From the NCBI GenBank assembly GCA_965215275.1, contig OZ244044.1:128001-192000 (forward strand): a stretch of 64,000 nt of DNA, given 5' to 3'. The notes under the pieces were generated by a model, which saw only the letters and a program-made list of their open reading frames with translations, did not search any database and had not been told where the DNA came from. Both the position numbers and the translations under genes were made by a program. The DNA comes from Thermodesulfobacteriota bacterium. Its GTDB lineage: Bacteria > Desulfobacterota_D > UBA1144 > Nemesobacterales > JAJCZQ01. This document shows, piece after piece, positions 29,191 to 39,091 of the stretch (its first letter is position 1; every line of letters starts with the position of its first letter).

Positions 29191-29303
29191 GTTCTTTCTT
29201 GTCAACTTAACTATATAATTCCCTAAAAAAACACCAAGCTGAACTACTGTATTAACAGAGTTAATATGTAGATAAACAGCTTGGTGTACTTTGTCGAGCG
29301 TTA

Positions 29304-30602
29304 TTAGCTCTTCTTCCTTTTTGAGATCGGTGAGTATTTCCTTGCTTTATAACCCGTGTAAACCTGGCGTGGTCTTGCGATTCTTCTTTCTGGGTCTTCC
29401 AGCATCTCTTTCCACTGTGCAAGCCATCCCGGTGTTCTTCCAATTGCAAAAAGTACTGTGAACATGCTCGTTGGCAGTCCCATGCTTTGATATATCAGAC
29501 CGGAATAGAAGTCCACGTTCGGATATAAACGACGTTTTACAAAATAATCGTCTTCAAGGGCTATTCTTTCAAGTTCCAGTGCAATATCAAGAAGAGGGTT
29601 CTTACCTGTTTCCTCGAACACGTCATGTGCTGCGTCCTTTATGATCTTGGCTCTGGGATCATATGCTTTATAGACCCTGTGACCAAATCCCATAAGCCTG
29701 AATTCACCCCGCTTTGCCCTTTCGATATAATCAGGGATGTTCTTCTTGGACCCTATTTCTCGAAGCATCTTTAAAACGGCTTCATTTGCACCGCCGTGCA
29801 GCGGACCGTACAATGCCCCTATAGCGGATGCCGTTGCAGTATAAGGATCAGGTTCTGAGCTTCCCACGTTCCTCATGGCGCTCGCACTGCAGTTTTGCTC
29901 ATGATCGGCGTGAAGTATGAACAGAACATCAATGGCTTTCTCGATAGCTTTATTGGGTTTGTATTTTAGTTCGGCCATTTTAAACATCATGTTCAGAAAA
30001 TTCCCTGTATAGCTGAGGTCGTTGTCAGGATATATATAAGGAAGTCCCATGATATGTCTGTAGGAAAATGCCGCAATGGTCGGTACTTTTGCTATAAGAC
30101 GGTTTATCTGAAGTTCATTGTTCTCGTTATCAAAGATCTCCTTGGCTTCAGGATAGAAGGTCGACAGTGCAGCGACCGTACCCATGAGCATTCCCATTGG
30201 ATGTGCGTCATATCTGAAACTGTCAACCAGCTTTTTAATGTTCTCATGAATATAGGTATGATGGGTTATGTTGTGTTCAAAGTCCCTGAGCTGCTTCCGG
30301 TTCGGCAGTTCTCCATTAAGCAGTAAATATGAAACTTCAAGAAAAGAACTTTTTTTAGCAAGTTCTTCGATCGGGTAACCCCTGTAGCGTAAAATACCTT
30401 TTTCACCATCAATGAAGGTAACTTTACTTTTGCATGATGCAGTGTTGCCAAAGGCAGGGTCGTAACTCATCATTCCAAAGTCAGTATCTTTTACCTTGAT
30501 CTGCCTGAGGTCGGTTGCCCTGATGGTATCGTTCTCAACGGGAACCTCATAAACCTTCCCCGTTCTGTTGTCCGTTATCGTCAGTGTACTTTTCTTTGCC
30601 AT
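29304..30602 (-). CDS. gltA: Citrate synthase
   Basis: LHADHEQNCS, GPLHGGANE, GFGHRVYK and YPNVDFYSG motifs. Confidence 0.97.
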   Translation of the reverse strand: MAKKSTLTITDNRTGKVYEVPVENDTIRATDLRQIKVKDTDFGMMSYDPAFGNTASCKSKVTFIDGEKGILRYRGYPIEELAKKSSFLEVSYLLLNGELPNRKQLRDFEHNITHHTYIHENIKKLVDSFRYDAHPMGMLMGTVAALSTFYPEAKEIFDNENNELQINRLIAKVPTIAAFSYRHIMGLPYIYPDNDLSYTGNFLNMMFKMAELKYKPNKAIEKAIDVLFILHADHEQNCSASAMRNVGSSEPDPYTATASAIGALYGPLHGGANEAVLKMLREIGSKKNIPDYIERAKRGEFRLMGFGHRVYKAYDPRAKIIKDAAHDVFEETGKNPLLDIALELERIALEDDYFVKRRLYPNVDFYSGLIYQSMGLPTSMFTVLFAIGRTPGWLAQWKEMLEDPERRIARPRQVYTGYKARKYSPISKRKKS

Positions 30603-31008
30603 AAAAATCCTCCTTAAAACCGTTATGGATTATAGTATTAGCAGTGCTAAGACCTAATTATTTAATTTGAGTATAATACTTTATAGGATCTGATGAGATA
30701 TTGCAATAATCCATGACAATTATTGCTAATGATCTTTTCTGTCCAGATGCTTTCACTCTGTAAGTCATTATATCTGATCGCTGCTGAAAATCAACTTGCT
30801 GTAAACCTGATGAAGGGTTTTTTAACTGATAAAGAGAGGTCAGACGGTCAGCAGGCTCTTACTGTATTATAATAACCCGTTCGTTTTTAAACGAAGCGTT
30901 GACAGTTCAGGCTGACGGTGACCGGTAAGATAGATATACAGCAGGAAGCGGTTATTATTGGTTATGATTTTAATTCTGCCAGTAATCAAGACGGGTCTGT
31001 AGCTGTTT

Positions 31009-32001
31009 ATGAAAGATTATCTGATAAAAAGGTTTTTCCTGCTTGTTCCGACGGTCCTTGGAATAACTATCATAACGTTTTTTATCATCCAGCTTGCTCC
31101 TGGTAATCCGATCCAGCAGAAACTGGGAATTAACGAGAGCGTAAGAGCTGAGTCCATCACAAAGGACATAATAGAACAGACGAAGAAGTTATACGGTCTG
31201 GATAAACCGGTCCATGAAAGATACGTTATATGGTTAAAGCAGATCGTAACGCTGGATTTCGGGAATTCGTACAAGGACCACAGGCCCGTTATTGATAAGA
31301 TCGCGGAAAGGCTGCCCGTTACCCTTGCGTTGAATTTTATCTCGATATTCCTTATATACGTTATCTCAATACCTTTGGGCGTTTATTCTGCAGTCAAGCA
31401 GCGAACGACCACAGAAAGACTGCTTACGTTCTTTCTGTTCATAATGTATTCAACCCCCAGCTTCTGGATGGCGATGATATTGATATTTTTTCTCGGGGGT
31501 GGGGACTTCTGGGACGTTTTTCCCGTTTACGGTATTTTTTCGCAGGGGTATGAAAATTACAGTCTTGTGGGTAAATCGCTGGATTTTCTATGGCATATCA
31601 CGCTCCCCGTGTTCTGTCTGACCTACGCGGGTTTGGCGTCCCTTTCGAGATTTCAGAAGGGAAGTCTGCTCGAAGTGCTGAGAGAGGACTATATAAGGAC
31701 CGCCAGAAGCAAGGGGCTTGACGAGAGAAGGGTTCTTTTCAAGCATGCCCTGAGAAATTCCCTGATACCGATCATTACCATCATGGGAACGATACTCCCT
31801 GCACTTATTGGCGGCAGTGTTATTATCGAAACGATATTCTCCATTCCCGGTATCGGCAGATTAGGATTTGAAGCCATATTATCTCGTGACTATCCGCTTA
31901 TTATGGCCATTGCCACAATATCGGCTTTTCTGACCTTAATAGGGATACTGATCTCTGATATAGCGTACGTGCTTACTGACCCGAGAATAAGTTTTGATTG
32001 A
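31009..32001 (+). CDS. Peptide ABC transporter permease (OppB/DppB-like)
   Basis: DYIRTARSKGL EAA loop, DFGNS, DPRI end. Confidence 0.92.
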   Translation: MKDYLIKRFFLLVPTVLGITIITFFIIQLAPGNPIQQKLGINESVRAESITKDIIEQTKKLYGLDKPVHERYVIWLKQIVTLDFGNSYKDHRPVIDKIAERLPVTLALNFISIFLIYVISIPLGVYSAVKQRTTTERLLTFFLFIMYSTPSFWMAMILIFFLGGGDFWDVFPVYGIFSQGYENYSLVGKSLDFLWHITLPVFCLTYAGLASLSRFQKGSLLEVLREDYIRTARSKGLDERRVLFKHALRNSLIPIITIMGTILPALIGGSVIIETIFSIPGIGRLGFEAILSRDYPLIMAIATISAFLTLIGILISDIAYVLTDPRISFD

Positions 32002-32009
32002 GGACGGCT

Positions 32010-33008
32010 ATGAACGAAGAAAGTCTAGGGTACTGGAATACCGTTTGGATAGAGTTTAAAAAAGACAGGATGGCTCTGATATCCTTGCTGTTCATTGTCT
32101 TTATGGGTTTTATTGCGGTCTTTCAGGACCTTATTGCGGGCAGTAAACCCATTGTGTTAGTGGATAACGGAAAGCTTTATATGCCGGCAGTGTTCAGTTA
32201 TCCGGAGTTAAGTGGCCTTGATATTAAAAAAGCGTATATGAACAGCAAAGATACTTTTGCAATATTTCCACCCGTTGCGTACAGTCCGACCGAAAGTGAC
32301 CTGTATGCGATCCTGCAGGGTCCATCGACGGACCATCTGTTCGGTACGGACGACAGGGGCAGGGACGTGCTGAGCAGAATGGTACATGGCACAAGGGTTT
32401 CTTTATCGATCGGAGTTATCGCGGTCGGGATATCCGTGCTGATCGGGATAGTCCTTGGAGCGGTCGCGGGTTATTACGGTGGAACGATAGATTTTATTAT
32501 ATCGAGGCTGTTCGAGGTAATGATAACATTCCCCGTCTTTTTTCTGATACTTACGGTTCTTGCATTCAGCAATCCGAGCATTTATAACATTATGATAGTA
32601 ATTGGTCTGACCAGCTGGACGGGAATTGCAAGACTTGTCAGGGGCGAGTTCCTGAAGTTCAGGAACTTTGCTTTCGTGGACGGTGCGGTAGCCCTTGGTG
32701 GAAGCGACGTGAGAATAATATTCAGACATATCATGCCAAATTCCCTTGCCCCTGTTCTTGTAAGTGCGACTTTCGGGATCGCAGGAGCGATACTTGTTGA
32801 ATCATCCCTCAGCTTTTTAGGCTTTGGCGTACCTCCTCCCGAACCCAGCTGGGGAGATACGCTTTCGCAGTCTCAGAAATACGTTGATTTTGCATGGTGG
32901 CTGGTACTTTTTCCCGGACTGTTGATATTTGCGACCGTAACTTCTCTGAATCTTATAGGGGAAGGTTTCAGGAACGCGGTCGATCCGAAACTGAAGGATG
33001 CACGATGA
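32010..33008 (+). CDS. Peptide ABC transporter permease (OppC/DppC-like)
   Basis: HLFGTDDRGRDVLSR, RHIMPN and LSFLGFG motifs; ATG at 32010. Confidence 0.92.
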   Translation: MNEESLGYWNTVWIEFKKDRMALISLLFIVFMGFIAVFQDLIAGSKPIVLVDNGKLYMPAVFSYPELSGLDIKKAYMNSKDTFAIFPPVAYSPTESDLYAILQGPSTDHLFGTDDRGRDVLSRMVHGTRVSLSIGVIAVGISVLIGIVLGAVAGYYGGTIDFIISRLFEVMITFPVFFLILTVLAFSNPSIYNIMIVIGLTSWTGIARLVRGEFLKFRNFAFVDGAVALGGSDVRIIFRHIMPNSLAPVLVSATFGIAGAILVESSLSFLGFGVPPPEPSWGDTLSQSQKYVDFAWWLVLFPGLLIFATVTSLNLIGEGFRNAVDPKLKDAR

Positions 33009-33991
33009 GTTCCAAAAATATACTGGAAGTTAAAGATCTGAGCGTGAGCTTTGGGGACGGTGAAAGCAGGTACGAGGTAGTAAGCGGCGTTTCTTTAAGC
33101 ATCCCCAGAGGTAAGATCATCTGCGTAGTTGGTGAAAGCGGGTGTGGAAAAACGGTAACTGCACTTTCCATAATGGGGCTCCTGCCGGTTCCTCCCGGGA
33201 AAGTGGAAAGTGGAGAGATAATCTTTGATGGCAGTAATTTACTTGAGCTGTCTGAAAAAAAGCTAAGAGAGTACAGAGGGAACAGACTGTCAATGATATT
33301 CCAGGAACCTGTAAGTTCATTTAACCCGGTTTTTACGGTAGGGGAGCAGATAGGGGAGGCGTTGAGGATACACAGAGGTCTGTCAAGGAGTGAAGAAAAG
33401 GAAAAAGTCACGGACCTGATGAAGACCGTTGGCATACCCGCGCCGGAAGCAAGGATAAGCAGCTATCCGCACGAACTAAGTGGAGGTATGTGCCAGAGGG
33501 CGATGATAGCTATGGCCCTTGCCTGTGATCCGGAACTTCTGATAGCCGATGAACCGACAACGGCTTTAGACGTGACCATTCAGGCGGAGATACTGCGGCT
33601 GATACTTCACCTGAGGGATATTACAGGGATGGCGGTCCTGCTTATAACCCATGACCTTGGAATAGTCTCTGAAGTTGCGGATGAGGTATACGTTGTTTAC
33701 GCCGGTAAAGTGGTTGAAAAGGGTACAAGGGACCTCGTGTTCAGTTCACCCTCACATCCTTATACCAAAGGGCTTATAAGTTCCATACCTTCTCTTGATA
33801 AGAAAGTGGAAGACCTGCCATCTATCCCCGGATACGTGCCTTCTCCGAAGAACCTGCCTTCCTCATGCAGATTTCAGGACAGGTGTGAGTACGTGATAGA
33901 TAAATGCAGGGATCAGGACCCTGACCTTAAAAAGGTAAGTCCTCTGCATTTTTCAGCGTGTCACAGGTCGGAAGAGATCTTAAAACGGTGA
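33005..33991 (+). CDS. Peptide ABC transporter ATPase (OppD/DppD-like)
   Basis: [21 protein letters not shown] and C-terminal HPYT/Cys domain; ATG at 33005. Confidence 0.93.
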   Translation: MSSKNILEVKDLSVSFGDGESRYEVVSGVSLSIPRGKIICVVGESGCGKTVTALSIMGLLPVPPGKVESGEIIFDGSNLLELSEKKLREYRGNRLSMIFQEPVSSFNPVFTVGEQIGEALRIHRGLSRSEEKEKVTDLMKTVGIPAPEARISSYPHELSGGMCQRAMIAMALACDPELLIADEPTTALDVTIQAEILRLILHLRDITGMAVLLITHDLGIVSEVADEVYVVYAGKVVEKGTRDLVFSSPSHPYTKGLISSIPSLDKKVEDLPSIPGYVPSPKNLPSSCRFQDRCEYVIDKCRDQDPDLKKVSPLHFSACHRSEEILKR

Positions 33992-33997
33992 TCGAAG

Positions 33998-34957
33998 ATG
34001 AAATTAGTTGAAATAAAAGGACTGAAAAAATACTTTCCGATAAAAAAAGGTATTTTCTCCAGGGTGTCTGATCACGTTAAGGCGGTCGATGGGGTTGATC
34101 TGAACATAGAAAAAGGTGCCACGCTGGGACTGGTAGGGGAGAGCGGGTGCGGTAAGTCCACTCTTGGTAAAACTGCAATAAGACTTCTTAACGCCACTGA
34201 CGGGCAGATAATGTTCGACGGTCGGGATATAACGAACATAGGTTCTTCTGCTTTAAGGCCCATCAGAAAGGATATGCAGATGATATTTCAGAACCCTTAT
34301 GGTTCTTTGAACCCCAGGATGAACGTGGAGGACCTTATTACCGAAGGTATGGATATTCACGACCTGCACGACAGATCAGAAAGAACGGGTGCGGCAGGTG
34401 ACTTGTTGGAAAAGGTCGGCTTGGCAAAAAGTTCACTTTATAAGTATCCTCACGAGTTCAGTGGCGGGCAGAGGCAGAGAATAGCGATTGCCAGGTCGCT
34501 TGCCGTGCAGCCTTCCTTTATTGTATGTGATGAACCCGTTTCCGCACTTGATGTATCGGTTCAGGCACAGATAATAAACCTGCTGGTATCCCTTCAGAGG
34601 GAGTTCGATCTGACCTACCTTTTTATCTCACATGATCTCAGGGTGGTAAAACACATAAGTGACCAGGTTGCAGTAATGTACCTGGGGAAAATAGTTGAAG
34701 TTGCAAGAAGTGAGGATATATACTCAAATCCTCTTCATCCATACACGCAGGTACTTATTTCTGCCATTCCGGACGTGATGAACAAAAAGATCGGTAAGAG
34801 GTCTTCTGTGACAGGGGATATTTCCAGTCCGATAGACCCTCCAAAAGGATGCAGTTTTCATCCAAGATGTCCGGTTGCCGAAGAAAAGTGCAGGAACATA
34901 GAGCCTGAACTAACCAATAAGGGAAAAGAGCACAGGGTGGCTTGTCATTTGGTTTAA
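33998..34957 (+). CDS. Peptide ABC transporter ATPase (OppF/DppF-like)
   Basis: GESGCGKS, FSGGQRQR and DEPVSALD motifs. Confidence 0.93.
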   Translation: MKLVEIKGLKKYFPIKKGIFSRVSDHVKAVDGVDLNIEKGATLGLVGESGCGKSTLGKTAIRLLNATDGQIMFDGRDITNIGSSALRPIRKDMQMIFQNPYGSLNPRMNVEDLITEGMDIHDLHDRSERTGAAGDLLEKVGLAKSSLYKYPHEFSGGQRQRIAIARSLAVQPSFIVCDEPVSALDVSVQAQIINLLVSLQREFDLTYLFISHDLRVVKHISDQVAVMYLGKIVEVARSEDIYSNPLHPYTQVLISAIPDVMNKKIGKRSSVTGDISSPIDPPKGCSFHPRCPVAEEKCRNIEPELTNKGKEHRVACHLV

Positions 34958-35024
34958 GATAATGTTGTAATAGCAGTTATGTATGTTATATTGAACGGTT
35001 TAAATATTCTAACTGCTGGGAAAA

Positions 35025-35561
35025 ATGTTAATAAGGGTCGATCATATAACTGAAAAAGGGTTACCTCTGAAGGTTCAAAGGGGTGCAAGCTGGGTTACCA
35101 ATATCCTGGAGATAGTTACCGGGACGGAAGAACTGAGCTTAAATAAGGACATTGAGATCGATTGTAACGTAACTAAGGTTCAAAAGGATATAAGCGTGAG
35201 CGGTTTGATGCGATTTGGCATAAAGACCGTGTGTTACAGATGCTTAAAAGAGGTAGAACTGGACCTGCAGACGGATATAGACCTGATATTAAAGCCAAAG
35301 CATGAGTTCGAAAATGACCAGACCGATATCAGGCACGATCCTTATGAAGGGGAATCGGTGGACCTGTCGGACTATTTCAGAGAGCAGATCGCCATAAGTT
35401 TACCTTCCAGAGTGGTCTGCAGAGATATATGTGAAGGACTGTGTTCTGAATGTGGAACTGATCTCAACGTTGAAAGATGTAACTGTCAAAAAGGTTTAAA
35501 CGGTTCTGCTTTTAAGGTGTTGAAAGATATTAAATTTGAGAATAATTTGGGGAGAACATAA
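35025..35561 (+). CDS. yceD: DUF177/YceD family protein
   Basis: CYRCL and C...CEGLCSECG motifs; directly upstream of rpmF. Confidence 0.85.
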   Translation: MLIRVDHITEKGLPLKVQRGASWVTNILEIVTGTEELSLNKDIEIDCNVTKVQKDISVSGLMRFGIKTVCYRCLKEVELDLQTDIDLILKPKHEFENDQTDIRHDPYEGESVDLSDYFREQIAISLPSRVVCRDICEGLCSECGTDLNVERCNCQKGLNGSAFKVLKDIKFENNLGRT

Positions 35562-35563
35562 AA

Positions 35564-35764
35564 ATGGCACTGCCAAAAAGAAAAAAATCAAGGTCAAAGT
35601 CGAGAAAGAGACGAACACACTATAAGGTAAGCGTTCCCGGTCAGTCCTTGTGTCCGAGTTGCGGAGAGAAAAAACCTCCCCACAGGGTATGTCCGAGCTG
35701 TGGTTTCTACAAGGGCAGAACGTTCAGTAAGCAGGAAGAGGAGAGCGGGGAAGAAGCCGAATAA
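35564..35764 (+). CDS. rpmF: 50S ribosomal protein L32
   Basis: MALPKRKKS...[16 protein letters not shown]. Confidence 0.95.
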   Translation: MALPKRKKSRSKSRKRRTHYKVSVPGQSLCPSCGEKKPPHRVCPSCGFYKGRTFSKQEEESGEEAE

Positions 35765-35799
35765 TAGCGAATCTATAATAAAACAGATAAACGTATAAC

Positions 35800-36732
35800 A
35801 TGAGAGCTTTTGTTTTTCCAGGTCAGGGAGCACAATACATTGGAATGGGTGGTGAGTTCTACAGGCAGTTCCCCGTTGCCAGGCATACCTTTGAGGAAGC
35901 AGGGGACGTACTGGGCTTTAACCTGGCAAGGTTATGTTTTGAAGGGGAGCCGGACGAACTGAACTTAACGGCTAATGCGCAGCCGGCGATCCTAAGTACA
36001 AGTATTGCAGCTCTGAGAGTACTGGATCAGGAAACTGACATCGTTCCGGATCTTGTTGCGGGACACAGCCTGGGTGAATATTCGGCACTTGTGGCTTCTG
36101 GTGCTTTAAACTTTAAGGATGCCGTTCATACAGTCAGAAAACGTGGTGAATTTATGCAAAGTGCCGTTCCGGTCGGGGCAGGTTCAATGGCCGCTGTGAT
36201 AGGATTATCAGCCGAAGAAGTGGAAGGCATTTGCCAGCAGGTATCGTCTGACGACAGCGTTGTAAGCTGTGCGAATTACAATTCACCTAAGCAGACCGTT
36301 ATATCGGGACACGGGAAAGCGGTTCAGGAAGTTTCCGGAATGTTGAAGAAAGCGGGAGCAAAACGTGTCGTTCCATTAGCAGTAAGTGCTCCTTTTCATT
36401 GCAGCCTGATGGATAAAGCAGCAAGGAACCTCTCGGAAGTCCTGAATGACGTTCAGATAATGGATATGAGAACGCCCGTTGTCACCAACGTGGAAGCCGT
36501 GGCCAATACCGATAAGAACAGAGTAAAGGACCTGCTCGTTCAGCAGGTCGTCAAACCTGTCAGGTGGTTTGCCTCAATGGAATACCTGTATGATCAGAAG
36601 GTCACTGATTTTATGGAGATAGGTCCGGGCAACGTGTTGACGGGACTGATCAGAAGGACACTGAAAGGAGTAAATTTGGTAAATATTGAAAATATAAGCC
36701 AGCTGGACCACGTTAGAACAAATGGGATTTAA
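35800..36732 (+). CDS. fabD: Malonyl-CoA:ACP transacylase
   Basis: FPGQGAQ, GHSLGEY and SAPFH motifs. Confidence 0.96.
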   Translation: MRAFVFPGQGAQYIGMGGEFYRQFPVARHTFEEAGDVLGFNLARLCFEGEPDELNLTANAQPAILSTSIAALRVLDQETDIVPDLVAGHSLGEYSALVASGALNFKDAVHTVRKRGEFMQSAVPVGAGSMAAVIGLSAEEVEGICQQVSSDDSVVSCANYNSPKQTVISGHGKAVQEVSGMLKKAGAKRVVPLAVSAPFHCSLMDKAARNLSEVLNDVQIMDMRTPVVTNVEAVANTDKNRVKDLLVQQVVKPVRWFASMEYLYDQKVTDFMEIGPGNVLTGLIRRTLKGVNLVNIENISQLDHVRTNGI

Positions 36733-37465
36733 AGACAAGGTTGCACTTATAACAGGGGCGTCGCGAGGGATCGGAAGAGAAATTGCAGTGGACTTAGCAT
36801 CCAAAGGTGCTGTGGTTATCCTGAACTATATAAAAAGCGGTGAGTCGGCAGAAAAGACCATGAGAGAGATAAAAGAGAAGGGTGGTAATGCCGTTCTGTC
36901 CCAGTTTAACGTTGGCGATTATAAGGAAGTGCAGGGTCGTGTCAGTGCCTTGATCAATGATTTTGGTAAGATCGACCTGCTTGTGAACAACGCCGGGATC
37001 ACCAAGGACAAGATGTTTTTGAGAATGACTGACCAGGACTGGGATTCAGTGTTCGATACGAACATAAAGGGTGTTTTTAACTGTACCAAGTTCGTTATAA
37101 GGAATATGAGCAGGAACAGATATGGAAGGATCGTTAATATAGTATCGGTCGTGGGAGAGATGGGTAACGCAGGTCAGGTAAATTACTCCTCAACGAAAGC
37201 CGGTCTGATAGGGTTTACCAAGTCAGTTGCAAAGGAATTCGCGTCAAGGGGAATAACGGTTAACGCGGTAAGTCCTGGTTTTATTGAGACGGATATTACA
37301 AAAGACCTGTCCCTTGACTTAAAAGAGAAATATTTGGATTCTATTCCATTAGGCAGATTTGGTCAGCCTGAGGACGTATCGGGGATCGTAACGTTTTTAT
37401 TATCCGACAATGCGTCGTATATTACAGGTGAAGTTATAAGGGTCAATGGTGGATTGTATATATAG
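36722..37465 (+). CDS. fabG: 3-oxoacyl-ACP reductase
   Basis: TGASRGIG, NNAGIT and YSSTK motifs; fab context. Confidence 0.95.
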   Translation: MGFKDKVALITGASRGIGREIAVDLASKGAVVILNYIKSGESAEKTMREIKEKGGNAVLSQFNVGDYKEVQGRVSALINDFGKIDLLVNNAGITKDKMFLRMTDQDWDSVFDTNIKGVFNCTKFVIRNMSRNRYGRIVNIVSVVGEMGNAGQVNYSSTKAGLIGFTKSVAKEFASRGITVNAVSPGFIETDITKDLSLDLKEKYLDSIPLGRFGQPEDVSGIVTFLLSDNASYITGEVIRVNGGLYI

Positions 37466-37515
37466 ACTGTGTTTAAATAGTTAAGTAAAATGAAAATAAT
37501 TTTAGGAGGTTTTTG

Positions 37516-37758
37516 ATGTCGGAACAGGAAATATTGGAAAAGGTTAAGGAACTGGTTGCCAGTCAACTGGGAAAATCGAAAGATGAGGTAACGCCGGAAT
37601 CTTCATTTATTGAAGATCTGGACGCGGACTCACTGGATCTGGTCGAACTCATTATGTCAATGGAAGATGAATACGGGTTAGAGATATCAGATGAGGACGC
37701 AGAGAATATCACGACCGTAAAAGATGCGGTTAAGTTCATTGCAAAACACGCGGAATAG
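37516..37758 (+). CDS. acpP: Acyl carrier protein
   Basis: DADSLD phosphopantetheine site; GGAGG RBS. Confidence 0.96.
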   Translation: MSEQEILEKVKELVASQLGKSKDEVTPESSFIEDLDADSLDLVELIMSMEDEYGLEISDEDAENITTVKDAVKFIAKHAE

Positions 37759-38994
37759 ATGAGCAGGAAGAGGGTGGTTATAACTGGTGTCGGGCTTGTG
37801 ACACCTCTTGGCGTGGGTACTGCAAGCACCTGGGAATCTATCTGTAAGGGACAGAGCGGGATCACAAGGATACATAAGTTCGATCCCACCGATCATAAGA
37901 CCAAAATAGCGGGACAGATCAGCGATTTTGATCCGTTAAAGTACGTTAATTCCAAAGAAGCAAAGAGGAATGACGAATTTATTAATTTTTCGATCGCGGC
38001 TACAAAGCTCTCCCTTGAGGATGCCGGTCTCGAAATAGACGACAGGCTTTCCCCTATGGCCGGTTGCATAATCTCTTCCGGGATCGGGGGAATGCGCAGC
38101 TATTACGAAACCGTTATGACCGTGGAAAACAAAGGACCGTCACGGATGTCGCCTTTTTTCATTCCTAATATCATTACGAACATGGCCGCTGGGTACGCGT
38201 CGATAATCTTTAATGCAAAGGGACCTAACTGTTGCACGACCACTGCCTGTGCGGCAAGTGGTCACGCGCTGACCGTGTCACAGATGCTTATTCAGAGAGG
38301 GGATGCTCACGTAATGATCACGGGAGGTACGGAGGCCCCTATCATCCCGATAACGGTTGGTGGTTTTAACGCAATGAGGGCCCTTTCTACAAGGAACGAT
38401 GATCCGGAGGCTGCCTCGCGTCCTTTTGATAAGGACAGGGATGGGTTCGTTATATCCGAGGGTGCTGGTACTTTGATCCTTGAGGAACTGGAGCATGCAA
38501 AAAAACGTGGTGCGAAGATCTATGCCGAACTGCTTGGAAGCGGAATGACCGGGGACGCGGGACATATAACAGCTCCGACCCTTGACGGACCGGTAAGGTC
38601 GATGACAGGTGCTCTTCGGGACGCCGGGATAGGACCTGATGAAGTTGATTATATAAATGCCCATGGTACTTCAACGGCTTTAAATGACGTCAATGAGACC
38701 AATGCAGTAAAAGAAGTATTTGGTGAACGTGCTTACAAGATCCCCGTCAGTTCCACCAAGTCCATGACGGGTCATATGCTGGGTGCGGCGGGCGTTGTTG
38801 AAGCCATTATATCATCTTTGTCCATTTACAACAGCGTGGTCCCTCCTACCATAAACCTTTGTGAACCCGATCCGGAGTGCGATCTGGATTACGTGCCTAA
38901 TGAAATGAGAGAAAGCAGGATCAGGACCGTAATGAGCAACTCGTACGGTTTTGGAGGCACTAATTCAAGTGTAGTGTTAAGACGGTTTGATTAG
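37759..38994 (+). CDS. fabF: 3-oxoacyl-ACP synthase II
   Basis: TACAAS, NAHGTST and KSMTGH motifs. Confidence 0.95.
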   Translation: MSRKRVVITGVGLVTPLGVGTASTWESICKGQSGITRIHKFDPTDHKTKIAGQISDFDPLKYVNSKEAKRNDEFINFSIAATKLSLEDAGLEIDDRLSPMAGCIISSGIGGMRSYYETVMTVENKGPSRMSPFFIPNIITNMAAGYASIIFNAKGPNCCTTTACAASGHALTVSQMLIQRGDAHVMITGGTEAPIIPITVGGFNAMRALSTRNDDPEAASRPFDKDRDGFVISEGAGTLILEELEHAKKRGAKIYAELLGSGMTGDAGHITAPTLDGPVRSMTGALRDAGIGPDEVDYINAHGTSTALNDVNETNAVKEVFGERAYKIPVSSTKSMTGHMLGAAGVVEAIISSLSIYNSVVPPTINLCEPDPECDLDYVPNEMRESRIRTVMSNSYGFGGTNSSVVLRRFD

Positions 38995-39091
38995 ACCGCT
39001 AGGTTAAGGAACGTTCTGAAAAACTTAAGGAATAAGTTAAGCTCCGGTCACGGCAGGACCGAGAGCTTATTCTAATTTAAAAAGGTGCAAA

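Larger units (their letters stand above)
27905..29223 (-). mobile_element. Non-autonomous TIR element (IS1595-like ends) carrying tnpB
   Basis: 25-bp TIRs GGGAATTATATAGTTAAGT[A/T]GACAA at 27905-27929 and 29199-29223 (24/25 match); 8-bp direct repeat TAAAAAAA at 27897-27904 and 29224-29231. Confidence 0.9.
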
